In this document: positions 22,790-29,795 of the stretch, one piece after another
Layout of the letters: the number at the start of each line of letters is the position of its first letter
How positions within the stretch are numbered: the first letter of the stretch is position 1
IMG/VR virus record: IMGVR_UViG_3300032219_001332
Location: 1 to 29,795 of that record
Length of the DNA: 29,795 nt
Source of the DNA: a virus
Lineage: Duplodnaviria > Caudoviricetes
Reading direction: 5' to 3' (one strand)
Position numbers and translations under genes: made by a program
The notes under the pieces: model-generated
Told to the model about the DNA's origin: nothing
What the model saw: only the letters and a program-made list of their open reading frames with translations
The model's database searches: none

Positions 22790-23562
22790 TGGCGATCGTC
22801 GCAGGCGAGCCACTTATCAAGCTGGCTGTGGGCCGGGGCAAGGCTGCGAAGGCGTTGTATTCGCTCGCGCCGCTTGATGACGTGGTGGCCGAACTGAAGA
22901 AGCTGCCGGCCGACATCTCGAACAGATACCAGCGCAGGGCACTGAAGAAGGCTGCCCAGCCAGGCAAGGCTGCCCTAGAAGCCAACGTGCGAGCCATCGG
23001 CCAGGTCAGCGGCAACTTGCTTGCGAGCATTACAGAGCGTGGCAAGAGCTACGCCAACAACAAGTTCAAGGTGCCGGTGTCGGTCATCGTGATCGGCTTC
23101 CGCCGCCCTGTTGGTGGCGGTGCTCAGCGGACGGCAGAGACGGCATTCGGCGGCTCTGTGATGAAGGGGCCGAACCGGGCCTACCACTCGCACCTAGTCG
23201 AGTTTGGTACGAAGGGCCGCCGTACTCCCGGCAAGAGCCGCGTGGTGAAGCGCCGCCGCGTGATCCTTGACGGCCGGATCATCTCGCAGCGCGAGCGCCG
23301 CAAAGAACAGCCCAACAACAATCCACGGCAGGTTCTGTCCTCGTGGAACACCCGCCGGGGCAAGGGCTCGTGGCAGGGCAAGTATCCGATCGACTTCATT
23401 GCCACCGGCTCCGTGGCCCCCATGCCCGCGCTGCGTCCGCTTGAGCGTGCCTTCAACCAGTCACGCGGTGCGATGAAAAGCATTCTGGATGTCGAAATGC
23501 GTAAGTCTCTCTCGGCGGCATTGCGGGCCTATGAGCGTAGGAACAAGGCAGGCGACAAATGA
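22789..23562 (+). CDS. HK97 gp10-like neck/tail-completion protein with a basic insertion
   Basis: RALKKAA.P......SGNL..SI, YHSHLVEFGT, MPA.RPL..AF; syntenic position. Confidence 0.75.
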   Translation: MAIVAGEPLIKLAVGRGKAAKALYSLAPLDDVVAELKKLPADISNRYQRRALKKAAQPGKAALEANVRAIGQVSGNLLASITERGKSYANNKFKVPVSVIVIGFRRPVGGGAQRTAETAFGGSVMKGPNRAYHSHLVEFGTKGRRTPGKSRVVKRRRVILDGRIISQRERRKEQPNNNPRQVLSSWNTRRGKGSWQGKYPIDFIATGSVAPMPALRPLERAFNQSRGAMKSILDVEMRKSLSAALRAYERRNKAGDK

Positions 23563-23969
23563 AAAGCCCTGAAGCCGTTCTCCGTAATGCACTCGTGACC
23601 ACGACGGCCGTATCGTCCGTGGTGTCGAACCGCGTCTATCCGCTGCTTGCCCCGCAGGCCGCGCCGCTGCCGTTCGTCACCTACCGCCGCACGGGCATCC
23701 GCCGGATGCAGACGCTTGGCGCGCCGATGGGTGTGCCGCAGGTGAGCGTTGATTTCGACGTGTACGCCACGACCTACGAAGGGGCTCGTGACCTGGCCGA
23801 CCGCTGCCGCTCCTGTCTGGATGGGTACGGGGGAACCTTCGACAATACGGTGGTACAGCAGACTTCGCTCGAAAACGAACAAGACGATTTCGTGCAGCTG
23901 GCCGGGGCGGACATGCCGCCTGTGTACAGCGTGAAACTTTCCTTCGACATCTGGTGGCAGGAGACATAG
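23559..23969 (+). CDS. Tail terminator (DUF3168-like)
   Basis: RVYPLLAPQ...PFVTY.R, DVYATTY..A..LA...R..L; position before the tail tube. Confidence 0.85.
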   Translation: MKSPEAVLRNALVTTTAVSSVVSNRVYPLLAPQAAPLPFVTYRRTGIRRMQTLGAPMGVPQVSVDFDVYATTYEGARDLADRCRSCLDGYGGTFDNTVVQQTSLENEQDDFVQLAGADMPPVYSVKLSFDIWWQET

Positions 23970-23973
23970 GCAC

Positions 23974-24345
23974 ATGAGCACCCCGCATGCCGGCTCGGGC
24001 ACGACGTTTTCGTTCGCTGGAACGAACTACACCGTCACGAACATCACGTACACGCTCACCGACGTGAATGCGGCGGACACGATCGACATCAGCCACCTGG
24101 GCCAGTCGGCGGGTTCTGCGGTGCTCACGCTTGACCGTCCGCTGACGGGTGCGGCGAACGACACGGGCCGCGAGGTGCAGATCGACTACATCGGCTCGTC
24201 TGTCATCAGCGACGGTGCCACTGGCACGCTGGCGATCACTGGCGGCATCAGCCTGTCGAAGGCTGCGACCGTCTCGAGCTCGTCGGTGACGCTCGCCGTG
24301 AACGACGTGATCCGGGGCTCGGCCACCTTCCGCGTGGCTCGTTAA
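23974..24345 (+). CDS. Tail tube-like protein 1
   Basis: Position after the terminator; GTTF.F, IDISHL, D.G....I.Y and terminal ATFRV as in siphophage tube proteins. Confidence 0.7.
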   Translation: MSTPHAGSGTTFSFAGTNYTVTNITYTLTDVNAADTIDISHLGQSAGSAVLTLDRPLTGAANDTGREVQIDYIGSSVISDGATGTLAITGGISLSKAATVSSSSVTLAVNDVIRGSATFRVAR

Positions 24346-24363
24346 CGCACGGGAGGTTTTCCC

Positions 24364-24684
24364 GTGGCATCGTTCAGCACAGGCGTGGCCATCACCTGGG
24401 GAGGCTCTGCCTTCTCTGAGATTGTCGGCCTGGACTGGAACTACGGCGGCGGTGCCCCCAAGGGCCGCAGCGTCGTGTGGACCGATGACGCCGGCAGCGT
24501 CTCCGTTACCACGCTGGCGGGCGCCAACACAAGTACGGGCGAGTACGGCCTACGCAAGCAGCTCGTGATCTCGGGCGGCGGGCAATCCTTGACGGCGCAG
24601 GCAGTATGGGAATCGTTGAGCGTGTCGAACGAAGTGAACGGCGTGACCCGTTACACCGTCACGTTCAAGATCCTCGACGGGTAA
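24364..24684 (+). CDS. Tail tube-like protein 2 (paralog of the preceding gene)
   Basis: GGGAGG RBS and GTG start; the C-terminus aligns with protein 1 (L.I.GG..L...A...S.SV...VN.V.R...TF). Confidence 0.6.
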   Translation: MASFSTGVAITWGGSAFSEIVGLDWNYGGGAPKGRSVVWTDDAGSVSVTTLAGANTSTGEYGLRKQLVISGGGQSLTAQAVWESLSVSNEVNGVTRYTVTFKILDG

Positions 24685-24687
24685 ACC

Positions 24688-25029
24688 ATGGCACTGACAC
24701 GAGAACAGATCGACGCAGCGGATGACGCCAAGATCATCAAGGTGCAAGCATTCGGCGGCGAGTGCTGCCTGCGGCTGATGAGCGTAGGCGAGCGCGACTC
24801 CTACGAGCTCAAGCTGGTGGAGGCCGGCGGCAAGGCGATCCCCGATTTCCGCTCTGAGCTCCTGAGCCGCACGCTGTGCGACGAAAAGGGCAACCTGCTC
24901 TATGCAGGCGAAGAAGGCGTGGAAGCGCTGAAGCGTCGCAGCAGCGACCAGATGCACAAACTGTGGCAGGCGGCGATGAAGCACAACGCACTCACAGAGG
25001 AGGAGATCAAGAGACTAGCGGGGGAATAA
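24688..25029 (+). CDS. Tail assembly chaperone (gpG-like)
   Basis: LTREQI, R.MSVGERD.YE, L.RTLCDE.G..L; lies between tube and tape measure genes. Confidence 0.8.
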   Translation: MALTREQIDAADDAKIIKVQAFGGECCLRLMSVGERDSYELKLVEAGGKAIPDFRSELLSRTLCDEKGNLLYAGEEGVEALKRRSSDQMHKLWQAAMKHNALTEEEIKRLAGE

Positions 25030-25334
25030 ACGCCCGTCCGACGCTTCAGTTCAAGATGCGTCTGGCGGGCCACCTCGGGAAGACACTCGCCGAAATCGAC
25101 CAGATGGACTCTCGGGAGTTCTCACGGTGGCTGGCGTTCTCTAGGTGGTTCTCTCCGTTGGCCGACAGTTGGACGCAAACCGGGATGCTGGCAAGCGCGA
25201 TGCTTGCACCGTACTGCCCACGCGGCAAGGTGCCATCGGCGAGCGACTTCATCCCGATCGAAGACAAGGCACCAAAGCATCCGAACCAGATACGCGAAGT
25301 GCTCGAGCAGATGAAGCGAGACTTGGAAGGCTGA
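25020..25334 (+). CDS. -1 frameshift extension of the tail assembly chaperone (gpGT-like)
   Basis: G GGG GAA at 25020-25026 directly before the TAA; the -1 frame is open to 25334 (RLAGHLGKTLAEIDQMDSREFSRWLAF). Confidence 0.75.
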   Translation, partial: GGINARPTLQFKMRLAGHLGKTLAEIDQMDSREFSRWLAFSRWFSPLADSWTQTGMLASAMLAPYCPRGKVPSASDFIPIEDKAPKHPNQIREVLEQMKRDLEG

Positions 25335-25335
25335 G

Positions 25336-27549
25336 ATGGCAACCGTAGGTCTAGGTTTTCAACTATCGGCGAATGCCACGCAGATGTCTGCGGGCATCAA
25401 TGCTGGCGTCACGGAGTTGCAGAAGCTCGGCTATGCAGCCAAGAGGACGCAGCAAGATGTCTCGACGCTGAAGACCATTGAGCTGTCGCGGGTCTTCATC
25501 TCCGCTGTCCAGTCGGTGGCCGGCTCATTCACGTCATTCGTGGCCGGGGCCGCGTCTGCTGTGGCAAGCGTGGACGATCTCAGCAAGCGTACGGGCGTGT
25601 CGGCCCAGACGCTCCAGGCGTACCAGTTCGCGGCCGAGCAGTCTGGCGTCAGCGTCGAGACGTTTGGCAAGGGCATTCAGAAGCTTGGCATCAACCTTGG
25701 AGAAGCCCAGACGGGCAACAAGTCTGCGATCAAGTCTTTCGCAGATCTTGGATTGTCGGTTCGTGATCTGGCCCAGCTTTCGCCAGAGCAGGCATTTGAG
25801 AAGGTGGCGGCGGCGATCTCGCAGCTGCCGAACCCGGCACAGCAGGCGGCGGCTGCCGTTGGGCTGTTCGGCAAGAGCGGTGCCGAGCTCGTGCCGGTGT
25901 TCCAAGAGGGGGCGGGCTTCCTGTCAGAGATGCGAAAGCAGGCCGAGGGTCTGGGCCTGGTGCTCGGGCAGACGCAGGTGGCCAACCTCGCGCAGCTCGA
26001 TGACTCATTCAGTGCCTTGGGCGCGACCGTGCAGGCGTTTAAGCAGCGAGTGACCGCTGACCTCGCCCCGGCACTCACGGAAGCGTCGAGGTCTGCGGCC
26101 GAGTTCATCGCGTCGATTGACGTGCAGGCTGTGGCAAAGGCAGCCGAGGGTGCGATCGCAAGCCTGGCCGACGCGGGGCGTGCGCTGGGTGAAACTTTTC
26201 TGATTATCTACAAAGCCTCTGCCCCGCTGGCCTCCGCTGTGCTGCCGGTCATTGCTGACACGCTGTCGCTGATCGGCAAGAACATTCAAGGTGCTGCCTT
26301 GGGCGGGCTTGCCGCCGCTGGTGCTTTTGGTGCCTATAGCCTTTCATGCGTTTCCGCGACTGCAGCCACGGCAGCGCTGACTGCCGCCGTGACCACGCTG
26401 CTTTCCCGCACTGGCGTCGGCCTTCTGGTCGTGGTGCTGGGGGCAGTGGCCGGCACCTACATCAACATGGCGACTGCCGCAGGCGATGCCGCTGACACAA
26501 GCACCGCAGCCGCCGACAGAATCACGCAGGCGATTTCCGAAACGAAGACGCAGATCGAGGCTGCGACCGGGTCCGTGAAGCAGTTTGGTGCAGAGGCCGA
26601 GTCCGCATTCAAGCTGCCCGCCGAAATCACCGACGCCACGCTGATTCAGGGCACTGTGGATGAGGCCACTTCCGCCTTCAAGAAATTTGCCCAAGAGGCT
26701 GGCAGTCTGTCGGCCGTGCCGAAGGAAGTGGCCGACGCTTTCGACACGCTCACGACAGACATCGAGAACATGAACGCTGCGGCCGTGGACGCTGGCGTAG
26801 GCCAGCAGTACATCGCCGATTCTGCACAACAACTGCTGGCAGTTATTGAGAACATCACACAGGCCAGGGCGGAAGAGAAGAAAGCCACAGACGCTGTGGC
26901 CGACGCGGCACGCAAGGCCAGCGAAGAGGCTGGCAAGCGCGTGCAGGGGCTTGCACGAGCCGGCCTTGAGGATGGCGAGCGATCGCAACTAACTCTGTCG
27001 GAAGATTTGCTGGCGATCACCCGCACGATTGCCGACGCAGAGCAAGCATTGGCGGCAGCCCGCGAAGGCTCAGATTCTTTGGCGATTGCTGCAGCCCAGG
27101 AGCGGCTGGCGCTTACGCGGCAGACCGCCGCCGCCGCCACAGAGGCCGCGAAAGAGCAGGCCCGCCAGCGTGAGCTCTCGGCTCTCGGCCTTGACCAGAG
27201 CCTGCTAAGGCCCGTGCAAACTGTGACCGACCAATTTAAGAAGGTGCGGGAAGCGTTTGACCGTGGGCTTATCGACGGCGGCGAAGCCCGCACAGCCCTG
27301 CAAAACTTGGCCGCTGAAGGCATCACGATCCGCAAAGAGATTGCCGCCGAACTGGCTCGGCCTTCCACTCAGGCACTGCAGGCCAGCGACGTTCGGACGC
27401 AGGGCGGCGCGTCTGAGTTCCTGCGGCTTGCCACAGGCAGGGCCGACCCGGCGATCGAGCAGCGCACCCAGCAGCTCTCCAAGCTCGAGGAGATCCGGCG
27501 AGCCATCGCTGCCACTGGCGCGAGCCCTGTGGAGATCCTCGGAGCGTAA
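25336..27549 (+). CDS. Tape measure protein
   Basis: 737 aa, Ala-rich and helical; DDLSKRTGVS...LQ...FAA..SG and A..LFGKSG.EL.P motifs; follows the chaperones. Confidence 0.9.
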   Translation: MATVGLGFQLSANATQMSAGINAGVTELQKLGYAAKRTQQDVSTLKTIELSRVFISAVQSVAGSFTSFVAGAASAVASVDDLSKRTGVSAQTLQAYQFAAEQSGVSVETFGKGIQKLGINLGEAQTGNKSAIKSFADLGLSVRDLAQLSPEQAFEKVAAAISQLPNPAQQAAAAVGLFGKSGAELVPVFQEGAGFLSEMRKQAEGLGLVLGQTQVANLAQLDDSFSALGATVQAFKQRVTADLAPALTEASRSAAEFIASIDVQAVAKAAEGAIASLADAGRALGETFLIIYKASAPLASAVLPVIADTLSLIGKNIQGAALGGLAAAGAFGAYSLSCVSATAATAALTAAVTTLLSRTGVGLLVVVLGAVAGTYINMATAAGDAADTSTAAADRITQAISETKTQIEAATGSVKQFGAEAESAFKLPAEITDATLIQGTVDEATSAFKKFAQEAGSLSAVPKEVADAFDTLTTDIENMNAAAVDAGVGQQYIADSAQQLLAVIENITQARAEEKKATDAVADAARKASEEAGKRVQGLARAGLEDGERSQLTLSEDLLAITRTIADAEQALAAAREGSDSLAIAAAQERLALTRQTAAAATEAAKEQARQRELSALGLDQSLLRPVQTVTDQFKKVREAFDRGLIDGGEARTALQNLAAEGITIRKEIAAELARPSTQALQASDVRTQGGASEFLRLATGRADPAIEQRTQQLSKLEEIRRAIAATGASPVEILGA

Positions 27550-27551
27550 CC

Positions 27552-28460
27552 ATGTCCATCATCGCATACCGCGAAGTCCTGCCCCGCACGTTCTCGCACA
27601 AGTTCGGCGAGAGCCCCACGGCAGAACTGAAGTTCGTGGTAACGGTTACGGAGCCCGTCGCGCACCAGCTGCTGCTGAACACCGTGGGCATCTTCCACGG
27701 CTCGATGCACCCAGAGTTTTCATACCTGCTCTGCACTGAAGGCAGCGTCACAGAAACGGATCGGCAGCACGCGGAGATCACGTACCGCTACGAGGTGCCG
27801 CAGGTTGGCAGCCAAGATAGCCAGCCCAACCCGCTTGCTCGGCGAGACGTGTGGAGCTTTAGCACTGGCGGCTCTGCTGTTCCGGCCCTCGTCTACTACC
27901 AAGGCAGTGGCAACGCGAACCGCAAGGCGCTCATCAATACGGCCGGTGATTTCTTTGAGTCTGCGATGACCGAAGAGGCCGAGCTGCGGTGCAGCATCAG
28001 CGGCAACCGACCTGCGTTCCCTGTGGCCGTGGCAGCCCAGGTGACGAACTGCGTGAACTCTGACGGGTTTATGGGTTCGGCAGCGCATCAGTGGAAGTGC
28101 CAAGGTATCTCGGGGCAGCAGCAAGTCGAAGTGGTCAGCGGCGTAGAGATCAAGTACTGGAGCGTCACCGTTGAGCTTGCCTATCGGCAAAGCGGCTGGA
28201 ATCTTCTGCTGCCAAACGTCGGCTGGAACTACATCAGCGGATCGGGTGGCAGCGCGAAGAAGCGCCGCTGCTATGTGTTTTCCAGCGAGTCTGAGGGAAG
28301 CACGGAGCAGGTGGCGTCTGCCAACGTAATGGCCCTAAACGACGATGGCAGCATCCGCTTCAATACGGACTTCACAGGCTCTGGTGCCCCCACCGTCCTG
28401 AACCGCCGCGTACACCCAGAAGTCGCCTTCACCCCGCTATTCGGCACCCCGCCGTTCTAA
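27552..28460 (+). CDS. Putative tail tip (distal tail/hub) protein
   Basis: 302-aa beta-rich ORF directly after the tape measure gene; function from synteny only. Confidence 0.55.
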   Translation: MSIIAYREVLPRTFSHKFGESPTAELKFVVTVTEPVAHQLLLNTVGIFHGSMHPEFSYLLCTEGSVTETDRQHAEITYRYEVPQVGSQDSQPNPLARRDVWSFSTGGSAVPALVYYQGSGNANRKALINTAGDFFESAMTEEAELRCSISGNRPAFPVAVAAQVTNCVNSDGFMGSAAHQWKCQGISGQQQVEVVSGVEIKYWSVTVELAYRQSGWNLLLPNVGWNYISGSGGSAKKRRCYVFSSESEGSTEQVASANVMALNDDGSIRFNTDFTGSGAPTVLNRRVHPEVAFTPLFGTPPF

Positions 28461-28472
28461 GGAGCCCGCCCC

Positions 28473-28841
28473 ATGCCCGACATCAACTACACGATCAACG
28501 CCCAAGTGCAGAAGGGCGCTCTCTCGCAGCAGTTCGCCGCGTCAGGCATCACTGCCGACATCGCCACGGCTGGAATGCTGGCCGTCACGCTGAACCTGGG
28601 CACGTCAGTTACACAGATCAGCACGGCCACGATGGGCAGCCTCGGCCTGTGCTTCGCCCGTTCGCTCGCCACAGAGACTACGCACACCGTGTCGTTCGGC
28701 CGGTTCGACGGCACGAACCTGCACGAGACTGTACGCCTGCGTGCCGGCGAGGCCGCGATCCTGCGGCTGGCGGCTGGCAACTACGCCGCAAAGGCTGCCG
28801 TGGGTGGCTCCCGCCTGGTGCTCACCGTGCTCGAGGACTGA
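28473..28841 (+). CDS. Hypothetical tail-region protein
   Basis: AAGGAG RBS; 122 aa; beta-rich. Confidence 0.65.
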   Translation: MPDINYTINAQVQKGALSQQFAASGITADIATAGMLAVTLNLGTSVTQISTATMGSLGLCFARSLATETTHTVSFGRFDGTNLHETVRLRAGEAAILRLAAGNYAAKAAVGGSRLVLTVLED

Positions 28842-28843
28842 CC

Positions 28844-29329
28844 ATGGCCCAGAAGCCAGACGGCAAGCCAGCCCGCACAGAGCGCGTCACGTTCACGAAG
28901 CCGGCCGCTGAGCGGATCGCCAAGGTGGTGCGAGCAGTCGAGGCTGGCGACCGCGATTGCGGGCCGCTGACGTTTGGCAGCCGTGGCGTGGCTGGCAATC
29001 CCAAGGCGTTCCGCGTCTGCACCTTCACCGGCGCGTGGTCGATCAACGCCGAGAAGACGGTGACGTTTAAGAATCAGACGGCCACGCCGAATACCGTGGC
29101 GGCCCAAAACGTATTCGTCGCGTTGCCTGATCGCGGAAACTCCAATTGTGGAATAGCAAAAGACGGCACTGCTTGGCATCTAGTTGCTTGGGCTCCCGTC
29201 ACGGCAACGGCTTCAGTTATCACGTCGGTTTCTCTTAATACATCTGGACTTCAGTTTAATACACTGACTATTCGTATTTCCGAAACTGTGTCCACAAGTG
29301 TCATCACCATTGGCACAACAGCCTGCTGA
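28844..29329 (+). CDS. Putative tail tip/spike protein
   Basis: GAGGA RBS; FT..AAERIAKVVR.VE N-terminus; T/S-rich C-terminus ending in Cys. Confidence 0.6.
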   Translation: MAQKPDGKPARTERVTFTKPAAERIAKVVRAVEAGDRDCGPLTFGSRGVAGNPKAFRVCTFTGAWSINAEKTVTFKNQTATPNTVAAQNVFVALPDRGNSNCGIAKDGTAWHLVAWAPVTATASVITSVSLNTSGLQFNTLTIRISETVSTSVITIGTTAC

Positions 29330-29335
29330 TAAGCA

Positions 29336-29795
29336 ATGCCGTTAGCTGTAAAAAATGATCGGATTATTGCCGGCGGCACAAAGCTTGCCGAAAACTGCCA
29401 GTGCTGTACTGGGCCAACAATTTGCGGCTGCGTGCTGCGGTTTGGCGTTCCAGATTTTCTGTACGCGGCTTTCAGCAACTTTTCTCTCACGTTTCTTAGA
29501 ACTGACAACTTCAGCCAACAGCCTTCGGGTTTTTTGCCGCGACCCGAAAACGCCGAGTCGATCATGGGGAATTGGCTGTCTAGTTTTCGCCCCGCCATTC
29601 CGTTAGTGCCGGCGCAGCTAAACCAGAACAAGGTGTTTTACGCAACCTCTGGATGCGTTAACACTGTTCAAAGCGGTGTGGAGCAGCCTTGTACCGGATG
29701 CTCTCCATCGTTTCGGTCTTTTGAGCGCATATCGGGCTTTCCTCAGGCGAGTCTTGGCGTTCAATGGCAGTGCCTTGGCGGATACAGCTTAGTTA
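29336..29795 (+). CDS. Cys-rich putative receptor-binding protein, truncated by the window end (MPLAVKNDRIIAGGTKLAENCQCCTGPTICGC...)
   Basis: Translated by hand; the frame is open from ATG 29336 to the window end; missing from the track because no stop is reached. Confidence 0.7.
   Translation, partial: MPLAVKNDRIIAGGTKLAENCQCCTGPTICGCVLRFGVPDFLYAAFSNFSLTFLRTDNFSQQPSGFLPRPENAESIMGNWLSSFRPAIPLVPAQLNQNKVFYATSGCVNTVQSGVEQPCTGCSPSFRSFERISGFPQASLGVQWQCLGGYSLV

Noticed and set aside
1-29795. tRNA, rRNA, reverse transcriptase/DGR, transposase, intron or intein
   Set aside because: None was recognised by eye. TerL, portal, DnaN and capsid have ordinary lengths, and no TR/VR-like repeat pair was noticed. 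A covariance-model scan was not possible.

Overview
This window is about 30 kb of a GC-rich, tailed dsDNA phage with an HK97-type head and a long non-contractile tail. It is probably temperate. Nearly all genes lie on the + strand with ATGA/GTGA/TGATG overlaps. The order is: start of a leftward gene cut by the window edge (possibly an integrase); a control region with four to five sigma70-like promoters and repeated operators; early recombination and replication genes (RecT-like annealase, DUF1376-type initiator with internal iteron-like repeats, LexA DNA-binding-domain-only protein, full-length DnaN clamp, RusA); two glycosyltransferases; an atypical putative lysis block (papain-like C1 peptidase, zinc-finger lipoprotein, holin-like protein); fibre-like genes; an accessory region; HNH, terS, terL, portal, protease, major capsid protein, a third glycosyltransferase, neck genes, two paralogous tail-tube-like genes, a frameshifted chaperone, tape measure and tail tip. 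The most unusual signal is at about 13.46-14.61 kb, where tiny ORFs are each delimited by a repeated, imperfectly palindromic site (CGCTMY-N7-AGRGAS), resembling a miniature gene-cassette array. Several plausible small genes fall below the ORF-track cutoff and were read by hand. All product calls come from motif recognition and synteny, not database searches. The host is uncertain; Planctomycetota is only a guess.
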